Origin: Ostrea edulis
Lineage: Eukaryota
Assembly: GCF_947568905.1 (NCBI RefSeq)
Contig: NC_079164.1
Span: 82,398,001-82,462,000, forward strand
Length of the DNA stretch: 64,000 nucleotides
Reading direction: 5' to 3'
Positions 42,489 to 50,898 of this stretch are shown one piece after another. How positions within the stretch are numbered: position 1 is the first letter of the stretch; every line of letters starts with the position of its first letter. The position numbers and the translations under genes were made by a program. Under the pieces are notes generated by a model. That model saw only the letters and a program-made list of their open reading frames with translations, was not told the DNA's origin and ran no database searches.

Positions 42489-44302
42489 ATAGTTAAATCT
42501 AGCTATCAATAATTTGTGTACAATTAATGTATGGAGGTTTAATATGGTAGTCATCAAATTACATGATGGTGACAGATTAAAAATCCACCAAATTCATCTG
42601 CAATCATTCAGATATTCTAACGGTGCACAAAAGTTTAAATGCCTCCACTATTCAGATAATATATCCTCACACTTTATTTCTCTCAGTGTACGAGACAAAA
42701 ATACTTAAGATTCACAGTTTGAATAAAAAGGACCTTATACAGTTGGCACACTAAGATTTGCTTCCCACTTCCTTTTCAAATATTACGATAAATCAGATTG
42801 TCAGACTTGCATGCACGGTTACTAGCTATTTGCTGCTGATAGCTCTGAACAAAATCAGAGTTTGAAGTATAGATTTATAGTAACTAATTGTCAATTCAAT
42901 CTCATACTCCAATCACTTTATACTGAAAAAATTAATGTTGTTTCCCTATCAAATATGAATTTATGTACAATGTTGTGATTATGTGATACAATGATATATA
43001 GTTCTACATAATTTCCATGCAACACAGGACAATGAAGTACAAAATGTTTTTCATTTTTAAATAGTTTACCATGTTTACAAACATGCCATGTGTATTTTTC
43101 TTAAGAAGGGATTATTGGTTTACAAAATCTGTCTGTTTCAATAAATAGTGAATACATGCACTAATTCTTAATTTTGTTAGCTGTGATCATTCACAATTTT
43201 TCAAAAGAGAAGTAAGAAATTTTTAATTCATATTCATATATGCTGATAACTTAAAAGGATTCCAATACCTGGGATTGTCCAGTTCGTTTACTCTCATCTC
43301 CCATGAGATCAGAGTAAGTGAATCAGACACTTGGCTTGTGAAGATGAATACCTGGCTGTGAGTTGTCTTTCATGACTTGGACACAGCTTCACTGTTTTAA
43401 TACGAATTGGACTCAAGTGCCCATGCAGTAAATCATTCATGTAAACTTTTTTACTAGCCTGCTGGGACTACTGAATCAATATGTCTTTATCTGCAGTAGA
43501 TCTACCTTTTAGTGTACAGAATGACAAAGAATATAATAAAATTATTTCACTACAACACTAACTAATATAAAGACTTGTCAAATTAGTTATTTACAATTTA
43601 TCATGTGAGTGAATCATATTGACATTTAACATTAAACAATGTATAATTACAGAAATTAATTCTTGGATGTGGTCAGAAAAATTCTGATACTAAATGGTTT
43701 TGAATCTTATTTAGATATTTTAACAATCGGCACAGAGTTGTGAATATCAGCACATGGATTAGCAATTGGAACTAGTCAATACCAAAAAAATACCAAAGGA
43801 TCAACAAAATTACACCATTTCAGGCATTTGTGATCACAATATTATAAGGTTCAAGACGAAATCCATTTTCTTCTAGTATGTCCTCGCTTTAAAGTTCAAA
43901 AACTTGAAATCAATGAAACATGTAATAATAAGTGTCAGCACTTCCAGTATCTATGTATGATTAATTTATTTCATTTAGTGGTTTACTAGATAATTCCTTG
44001 AAAAATCTTTCTTATAAATCTTCCAGGAAATTTCACATAAATAATTCATGCATTGCATCTCCTGTGTAATTAATATATATAACTTAACTATATGTACATG
44101 TGTATTTGTATTTTCATTGACTGTACAAACTCAGAATACCTGTTAATCTTAACACTATTTTCCGTACCTTTAATGTATCTTCACCCGATACCTCGGCTTC
44201 ATCTAACCGTTTGAGACGTCCCTCGTATAATCCCTTAAACTCGCCAAGAAGAGAGTGCATCTGTCCGCTTCGGGCCCCTTCGATCGGAAAAGATTCTGCC
44301 AT
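2261..44302 (-). CDS. Long coiled-coil protein, family not identified; at least 14 coding exons, 501 aa reconstructed, 3' end probably beyond window start
   Basis: Exons joined by GT-AG with matching phase: 44168-44302 (MAESFPIEG...EDTLK), 38951-39100 (TRVRILQAYVNDLSEQNDVLV...), 20462-20545, 16503-16634 (...LLSAIRSARNTGKWE), 13623-13696 (IDNVRFRELSKEQVFG...), 13183-13294, 12665-12784, 12231-12377, 11339-11422, 9159-9242, 8591-8749, 8003-8065, 7356-7439, 2261-2335 (IQKLTNSLQKLQISSKDTRDCLTSE then GTAGGT). The frame is open throughout and E/K/Q/L/R-rich with heptad character. Confidence 0.85.
2441..2540. repeat. 50-bp tandem duplication
   Basis: TCAAAGACATTTATTTGGGATATTTYTCAGTTAATTTACTTTATTAAACA at 2441 and 2491, one mismatch. 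Confidence 0.95.
3008..5551. mobile_element. Non-autonomous DNA transposon/foldback with long (about 400 bp) TIRs, superfamily uncertain (Mutator- or Merlin-like)
   Basis: GGCATACTATAAAACCTGGCC at 3008 is inverted at 5551. The TIRs are built of TGGCC repeats and homology continues inward (about 3440 vs 5110). Flanks TTTTGGTT / TTTTGAGTT resemble a decayed 8-9 bp TSD. Confidence 0.8.
12804..12979. repeat. 44-bp minisatellite, 4 copies
   Basis: TACATAAAGTAGCTGTCACATGAACGAAAGCAACCAATCAGCTG at 12804, 12848, 12892, 12936. Confidence 0.95.
14766..15120 (+). mobile_element. Short Helentron/HINE-type non-autonomous element
   Basis: Subterminal inverted repeat AGCCGAGTTGCA (14791) / TGCAACTCGGCT (15104-15115), C-rich microsatellite-like tract, 3' hairpin and A-run. 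Confidence 0.65.
15362..16235 (+). mobile_element. HINE-type repeat, 3'-truncated; same family as 56138-57056
   Basis: Shares CCTTATCGGTCACCTGA and TTCCTGTTCTGAATATCTAAGCTAAATTCTAAT and the downstream core repeats with the copy at 56138. Confidence 0.7.
17719..19235. mobile_element. 1.5-kb foldback element with arms carrying a Harbinger-like transposase N-terminal relic
   Basis: GGGTGCRTTCAGAGTAAACCCAATG at 17719 is inverted at 19235 with ATT on both flanks. Arms of about 670 bp align in inverse orientation (about 17719-18390 vs 18607-19235). The left arm encodes DVFKTHFRLCRGMFEAICRKL, resembling the F..FRM.R..F motif of Harbinger/HARBI1 transposases. Confidence 0.7.
19492..20285 (+). mobile_element. 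HINE-type element with about 4 core repeats of about 140 bp
   Basis: AACAAGAGTAAC start shared with the 22055 element; tandem units TGACCTTTGACCTTGAAAACAATAGG...TGTACCAAGTTG. Confidence 0.65.
22055..22788 (+). mobile_element. Complete HINE/pearl-like element
   Basis: AACAAGAG start, two core repeats, GACG/GACA microsatellite, terminal hairpin CCCGTCTAAAGACGGG (22763-22778) and A-run. This modular layout matches bivalve Helentron-derived elements. Confidence 0.75.
25340..25420 (-). promoter_or_regulatory. Candidate internal promoter (GC box, CpG-rich patch)
   Basis: GGGGCGGG at 25345-25352 and several CpGs (ACGCGCATAGCCGGGCATGC) in AT-rich intron DNA, about 460 bp upstream of the candidate alternative first exon 24774-24887. 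Confidence 0.3.
26400..29597 (+). mobile_element. RTE-clade LINE, near full-length ORF (APE endonuclease, RT, PHD-like Zn finger), inactivated
   Basis: APE motifs (SLNVNTL, VKETRY, CGDWNGHVG, TQIDFIL), RT motifs (QFGFVPGRG, FVDLEKAFDRVP, GVHQGSVLSPLLF, LYADDL at 28565-28582) and CAVC...CNGCKHWVHKKC...CSRC. Several frameshifts and stops. (ACA)n tail and possible CTGGA TSD (26395-26399, 29598-29602). Confidence 0.93.
30068..30217. mobile_element. Small inverted-repeat element of 150 bp
   Basis: AATCCTTCATTA...GGGAAATTCCACC is inverted as GGTGGAATATCCC...TAATGAAGGATT; no clear TSD. Confidence 0.6.
30460..31730 (+). mobile_element. HINE-type element with diverged core repeats, interrupted by the SINE
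   Basis: Repeated TGACCTTTGACCATGTGA...TCAATAGGGGTCATCT...TGTACCAAGTTTGATGTC units and terminal CCCCTCTTCTTTGAAAGGGG hairpin; same family as 45500-46105. Confidence 0.65.
31209..31552 (+). mobile_element. tRNA(Ala-like)-derived SINE, full length
   Basis: Pol III box A (TGGCCTAATGG) and box B (GGTTCAAATCC) in a tRNA-like head, about 270 bp body, (CAAT)n tail and exact 11-bp TSD CATGACCTGAA (31198-31208, 31553-31563) that splits a HINE core repeat. Confidence 0.9.
32686..34515 (+). mobile_element. HINE-type element containing a 128-bp satellite array of about 10 units
   Basis: AACAAGAGGCCC start, units at 128-bp period from about 32800 to 33700 then 146-151 bp, terminal hairpin TTAGCTCTT-TGAGCCTTCGGCTCA-GAAGAGCTAA and A-run. 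Confidence 0.85.
34544..35202 (+). mobile_element. HINE-type element related to 14766-15120
   Basis: Subterminal inverted repeat GCTGAGTTGC (34544) / GCAACTCAGC (35190), core repeats and GCCC tract. Confidence 0.6.
35892..35957. repeat. Perfect 66-bp spacerless palindrome, probably a collapsed MITE
   Basis: CAATCTGATTAAAATACAGATCTCTCAAATAGC followed directly by its exact reverse complement; GGTCAAAC on both flanks (35883-35890, 35958-35965). Confidence 0.9.
36577..36615. repeat. Poly-C tract of 39 nt
   Basis: Direct reading of the sequence. Confidence 0.95.
40812..42440 (+). mobile_element. Composite HINE-type repeats with diverged tandem cores
   Basis: CCCCATGGGCCACATCGCTCACC start; repeated AAATATGAAAGC...AAATAGTTCAGGAGATATTGAATAGGTCA units. 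Confidence 0.65.
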
Positions 44303-44460
44303 TTTTGAAACAAAAAGAGAAATCTCGACAACTTTACATTACAACATCATAGCTGAATATTCTGTCAGTTTCCCAGCTCTCACCAACGGAAATCGTTATC
44401 ATTCTACCGCACGCGTATTGAAGCTGCCGCATGATTGGACAAAGGGAAAGTCACATGAAA
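44303..44460 (-). promoter_or_regulatory. Probable 5'UTR/core promoter of the coiled-coil gene
   Basis: Locally CpG-richer stretch directly upstream of the ATG at 44302 (CCGCACGCGT...GCCGCATGATTGG) with a CCAAT box. Position-based inference only. Confidence 0.4.
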
Positions 44461-45114
44461 TAGTCATCCAACCGTATTGCCTGTACTTTCTTTGTTATTG
44501 TTTGGGTCATGAGCACATGTTTCATTGAAAATTACACCAATTAAATATTAAATTCCAAAGAATAATTATTGATTATACGAAAACTATGATAAAGAGATCA
44601 TGAAACTTATGTTTTAAAACTATACTCCCTCGTACATATCAGGAAAACCGTGAATAACATTGCGGGAAACATGACTAAACTTGCCGAGAAAGTGAAAGCA
44701 TTTTTTAGATGGGCGGATCGAATTATATCGTGTAAGCAACAAGAGGCCCATGCGCCACGTCACTCACATGATTCACCTTGGTCCTGCTGTTGTTCAGTTA
44801 CTGTGACTTTGAAAGAGTTTTTGCAATCTTTATTCCAATGATTTTTTTTTACCACTTTAAGAAACGTTAACTTGTGCTAGATACCCTTGAATAGGCCACA
44901 AGTTAAAAAAAATATCAGTCTAGCTACTGTTTACAGTCCAGACGATATATTGTCATCTTCACCAGTCGAGGGTTATTGATTCGTTACCTCAAAATAGGGG
45001 TCAATCACCTTGATTTGTGAAGATGACGATATTGCATAAGTGAATGTTTCTTAAATCAGTCAAAATCCAAGATCAAGGTATAATCTTTGGTACGTACCTG
45101 ATAGAAAGGCATTG

Positions 45115-45116
<2 letters not shown>

Positions 45117-45155
<39 letters not shown>
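45117..45155. repeat. (AT)n microsatellite
   Basis: Direct reading of the sequence. Confidence 0.95.
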
Positions 45156-45161
<6 letters not shown>

Positions 45162-45499
45162 CACTCACCATTGAAAAGTAATATGAGCAGGTAAATATTT
45201 AGATTAAAGTTTTAAAATTTTGGTCAAAATTTCAAGGTCACAAGGTCAAACATGGCATCAAATGAAGTTTCTTAACATAATTAGGAATCTTTATATTAAA
45301 TATAAAAATCCCTACTTTAAATAGTTCAGGAGATATGATCAAAGGTAGATTTTCTTAAAAGTAGGTCAAAGATCAAGGTCACAAGGTTAAAAATTTTGGT
45401 ACCAAAAGAAAAGTCTAAACTCTTGTCACAAGCAATACTCATATGAAATACATGTATGAGAGCTCTATCACTCACCATGCATTCAAAATGTTCAAGTTT

Positions 45500-46105
45500 C
45501 AGACAGACAGGACAAAACAAAATCTCCCCTCCTCAAAATCATAGGGGTCATCTTCTCCTGAAGATGTACCAGTGTACCAAGTTTGATGTCTGTCAAACAA
45601 AGGGTTCTCAAGATAATGAGTGGACAGTATGTTCCTATGTCCAGTTTGACCCTTGACCATGTGACTTCAAAATCAATAGTGGTTATCTTCTCCTGGAGAT
45701 GTACCAGTGTACTAAGTTTGATGTCTGTCAAGCAAAGGGTTCTCAAGATATTGAGCTGACAGTATATTCCTATGTCCAGTTTGACCTTTGACCATGTACC
45801 TCAAAATCAATGGGGTCATTTACTCCTTGGGATGTACCAGTGTACCAAGTTTGATGTCTGTCAAGCAAAGAGTTCTCAAGATATGTAGCGGACAATGTCT
45901 TCCTATGCCCAGAGTAGCTTGACCTTTTACCTTTTGACCTGATAAACAATAGGTGTCCTCTTCTACTCATAACCAACCCACATATGAAATATCATTATGA
46001 TCAAGTGAATGGTTCTCAAGATATTGAGCGGACAACATGTGGTCTACCGACACACCTACCGACTGACCGACCAATAGGTGCAAAGTAATATGCCCCTCTT
46101 CTTTG
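45500..46105 (+). mobile_element. HINE-type element with about 3-4 core repeats
   Basis: Tandem AAATCAATAGGGGTCATCT...ATGTACCAGTGTACCAAGTTTGATGTCTGTCAAGCAAAGGGTTCTCAAGATA units, GACC microsatellite and terminal motif as at 31650-31730. Confidence 0.7.
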
Positions 46106-47019
46106 AAAAATTTGAATCTGTACTATCTGAAAATGCTGGTTTATTAATATGATTAATTCTTGGGAAAAATATTTTTCAAACATTTATCCTATATATCCCC
46201 TTTTATAGGAACTGATTCAAGATTTTCCCTAAAATTTTGTTTTCACTCCTAAAGATCAAAATCTACTGTCTGATGTGTTGCAAAGGTTTCACTAAAAAAA
46301 TAAGGTTATACATTATGACAGAAGTTCATTGTAGAGAGTTTGGTATTTGTTGTGTAAACACAAATTAAGGTATGTTAAAAGTTGAATTTGTGTTTGTGCA
46401 AAATTAAAATGCTTTGAATTTCATTGCATTGTTTGTAAACATAAGAAATATCCTAGTCTTGTTTACATAACACAGAGTTAAGGCTAAAGTATTGCTCTTA
46501 TCCTTGCATTAAGAAGGTCCAAATTTTGTTTGTCGACTTTAAATGATTTCAATGTTTAGCATAAAAACTGAAAATGATTTTTTACAAAAAACGTGGACCA
46601 GTCCCTTTAAAACTTTGATACTCTAATGTGGTCCCATCCTACCCCCGGGACACAGGTGCTTGTGGACATGACTTCTGGTAAACAACAAACCCCAACCCCC
46701 TCTTTTTACTTTTGAATGTTCAATTCCTTGGGTGTATTTTTGATAAAATATGTAACTTCAGAGTCTTTTTCAATTGAATACATAAAAGTCACATAGAAAC
46801 CGTTTTTAAAATGTTATATAACCGATTATAATCTATTATGATCAGTGATATGACATTTTCAAAAATGGTTTCTCTGTGACATTTGTTTATAAATTACTTC
46901 CAAAGATATTTAACAGGTTATATTTTTTTAAAAGTAGGTCAAATACAAGGTAAAATGTCATAGAATAAAATGAAAAGTCTTGCCATAAGAAATTGATATT
47001 CAAAATATGAAAGATCTTA

Positions 47020-48230
47020 CAAAGATGCATTGCTGTATCTGGTATATGTTATATGATCCAGTAAATGTTCTACCAAGCCCCTATCTTTGCTCCTCACGAA
47101 AATATTGACTGTGAAGGAGAAAGTTCAAACGTACTGTGCCACTACATGTGCCAGAGGTGGTGTAAATCAAGTGTGGATTTTGGAAGGTCCTAGAGAGCTT
47201 TTGGTGAGTAATCAGAGTTTGGATCATGGGGCTTTTCTTGGATCATCAGCGTCGGAGCGTATGGCTTTTCAACACTTTGCACGACCATTCCTCACGATAG
47301 GATGGAGATTGCACTTTTTGACGTCGTGGATGATTGCTTCTTCGACAGAACGGAGGTGTCCGTGTCTGATGACCAGTCATCAAAAAGGGTTGCTTTGTTG
47401 GATGCCACTTTGGTTCCACGTGCAGGTGAAATTGAAGATATGCTGGGGTTCTTCATTGGTGGTGTCTTCGTAGTCCTTGGTGATCAGGTCTTCCAACAGT
47501 CTGTTGGAATTCCCATGGGCATGAATTGTGCTCCTTTGTTAGCTGACTTGGTTAGGGGTTCTTATGAAGCAGAATTTGTTCGGGGACTTCTACATGAGAA
47601 GAGAGGATCTCTTGCTGTGGCCCTGTGAACTTGAAATAAAAAACACCAGAGTTGTTTACTTCTGTTTCATACTTGAATATTTTCTTGAAAATAGATATTA
47701 ACAGCAAACTAACAACTCAACTTTATGATAAATGGAATGATTTCAGCTTCTCCATCATCAGCTTCCCATATTTATGTAGCAGTATTCCATTATCATCGTC
47801 ATATGGTGTTTATATTTCTCAACTGATTCGATATGCAAGTGGTTGTTCTGAGTATGATTAGTTTTTAAATCGAAGCAGGCTACTGACAAACAAGTTGATG
47901 GTGCAGGGATTCAACAGTCTTGTTTAAAGTCAGCATTTCGCAAATTCTATGGTCGTTATAACGATCTAGTTTGCTAATACAAACCTATCATTGGGTCAAA
48001 TGCAGTCTGACGTGTTTCATATTGATTGTTGGGCTTGACACCCTGATTTTGAGTACGGATAACTCTGTTTACTTGATCAAGATATAGGGCTCACAGCGGG
48101 TGTGACCAGTCAATAGGGGATGCTTACTCCTCCTAGGTACCTGATCCCACCTCTGGTATATCCAGGGGTCTGTGTATGCCAAACTCTCTATTTGCATGTG
48201 ATTGATCACTGTTCGTTATTTTCTCCTTTC
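47020..48230 (+). pseudogene. 5'-truncated Penelope-like retroelement (RT plus 3' end), defective and A-to-G hypermutated; Naiad/Chlamys-like affinity is an inference
   Basis: Fragments YGFSTLCTTIPH (motif DFSTLYTTIPH), FQQSVGIPMGMNCAPLLADL, SYEAEF, ELEIK, TQLYDKWNDFSFSIISFPYLCSSIP, YGVYISQLIRYA and KFYGRYNDLV match PLE reverse transcriptases. The YIDD segment is deleted. Confidence 0.85.
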
Positions 48231-48456
48231 ATCAACATTTTAATAGTTCAGGAGATATTGAATATATCAGATTTTTGAAAAGTAAGTCCAACTCAAAGAT
48301 CACATTATAAAACTTCGTGGAATGAGGTCTTACCATAAAGAATTAAATAGTTCAGGAGATATTGAATAGGTCAGGGGTTGTTTTAAAAGTAGATCAAACT
48401 CCAAGGTCAAACGATCAAACACCATTGTCACATGATCTTGCCATAATAATATAGTT

Positions 48457-48502
48457 GGGCAAACACAGGACCCTGGATATACCAGAGGTCGGATCAGGTG
48501 CC
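48457..48502 (-). mobile_element. Inverted fragment of the same PLE 3' terminal sequence
   Basis: Reverse complement GGCACCTGATCCGACCTCTGGTATATCCAGGGTCCTGTGTTTGCCC matches 48137-48181. Confidence 0.85.
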
Positions 48503-50366
48503 GAAGAATGTGATCAGAAAAGCTCTCTTTAGCCTTCAGCTCAGGTGAGTTAGTGATTAATTATGACACTGCTGTACTTGGGAAGATTTTTTAAGATTTA
48601 TCCCATATATATCACCATGTAAAACTTTGATCCCGTTATGGCCCCATCCTACCCCCAGCACCATGATTTGAACAAACATGAATCTACACTATATATCAGG
48701 AAGCATTCATATAAATTTCAACATTCCTCATCTAGTGGTTTTTCAACATTTTTAAATGACCCTACACCACTTTTGCCTTTTCTTGAACATCTCCCCTTTG
48801 GAGGGAGCATGGCCCTTCTTTTAAAAACTTGGAATCTCTTTAACCCAAGGATAATTTGTGCCAAGTTTGATTGAAATTGGTCTAGTGGTTCTTGAGAAGA
48901 TTTTAAAAGGATGGCCACAAAATTTTTACTAATTCTTGATTATCTCCACTTTAAAACGGGCATGACACTTCATTTGAACAAATTTGAATCTTGTGTACCC
49001 AAGCATGCTTTGTGGCAAGTTTGGCTAAAATTAGCCTTGTGGTTCTAGAAAAGCAGTCAAAAATGTTAAAGTTTACACTCTTCAGACATCAAACAACCAA
49101 TAATGAAGTGAAATTCATGGCTCACTTTGTTTTGCTCTTCATTGTTGGCTGTTTGATGTATGAAGAGTTAAGAAAAAAATGTTTTTAAAATCATAATTCA
49201 TATAGTTTGAAAAACATTTTATTCTGGACTCCTGGACATCACACAACCAATCGGAATACAAAGTATATTCAATGAAGAGCAGGACATCTTCAGTTAATCC
49301 TTAGTTGGTGAATCTACACAAGTTTGAATGATAGAGTGCTAATACTCGAGTGGTTATACACAATCAAAAAACTGTTGTCCATAGATGCCAACACTAGGGG
49401 TATGGTAACAATAGCTCTCCGAACATTCTGTCCTAGCGAGCTAATAAATAATTCTTAGATGAAGAATCGTAAATAAAGTAAAATTTCCCAATTGTTCAGG
49501 CGCATTTGTCCATTCTCTGTATATAAATATCGTAGACATAATTTGCTGTATTTCTTTCCATATTTCCTACTCAACCAAAAATATTGATAGCCGACAGTGT
49601 TCATCTTACTGTCTCCTAATTACACGGTTTATCATGGACAAAAGGAAACAACTGATACTGCAGCTGCAATATCAATCGCTACATAATTTGTATGCAACCA
49701 GATACGGTAAATGTTCAGCAATACACATTTATTGTATCTCTGTTACCACACAAACAAACACACTGCTTGTCTAGCTGCAGTTGCAGTATTCTTTATCATT
49801 CATGAAAAACCTTTTTAAAATGGTCTGCTGCAGGAGCAAAACAGGAAATTGTAATGATGAGCTTGAGTTGTTTCCCTTTGATTATAAGATTGTGCACATA
49901 TGTCAGATAATAAATACTTTCAGCTATCAATGTTCAGTTACAAAATAAAGACCAGTATTAACACAAACAAATAAAAAGTGTATTCAAACTATTCAATAGC
50001 ACATTTGATATTCAAATATAATAATTCTGCATTGGAATGTACATTGTGTCTTAGGAGATCTTCAATACCCATACAAAGTATGACTCACATTTAATCAAAA
50101 TATCCCAATTTCACATAATTTATTCAGTGTTTCCACCAGAAAATGACTTTGGTCATAATTAGATAAGCAAACCAATACAAAATGAAATATATAGCACCAT
50201 AATATCCAACAACACCAAATAAAATGCAAATTATTCTTTACATGATTAGATTTTCATTTAAAAAAGTAGAAAAGAAAGATTTTGTGATTGTTGTAAACAT
50301 GATCTGGAGTAAATGAATGTCTGAGTGAATGACTTTGTGATTTATTACTTTATTTTTTACATAATT

Positions 50367-50864
50367 TCAAAGTTCATCTCTAAGTCTCATTTGGAATGAC
50401 GTTAAAATATTGAGTCTGTCATTCAGCTGTTCTTTCTTTTTGTCACTAACTTTACCATCTTTTAATTTTTCAACCCTTTTAATTTCAGTATCTACAAAAT
50501 CTGGTGTTTCTACTAGTTTCTTCAGAGTTTTGACATAGACTTCTGCCGATTTCTTATCCTTTTCTGTTGTATATGTGTTGGTTAGTTCTTCTGCCTTGGC
50601 CAAGATATCAGATTTTTTATCTTTTGGAGCTTTGTGAAACTCTGCAACCAATTTGTCAAAATCTTCAAGACAACTTGGTAGTCCTAGCCACAAACCTGAA
50701 AAGAAAATATCTTCATTTAATAATGGAGTACTGATTTATACATTCGGTTTTTTTTTAGATCTGGTTTTTAGTGCAGTCTGTCCATGTGTGAATATGCGCA
50801 TTCTACAAACTTCATGACCTATTTCATAGCATCGTTGAAATTGTTGGAAAATGTGTTTTCTGGC

Positions 50865-50898
<34 letters not shown>

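Noticed and set aside
47020-48230. Hammerhead ribozyme or SECIS expected in some PLEs
   Set aside because: No CTGATGA...GAAA core with supporting stems was found by eye; a covariance-model search is needed.
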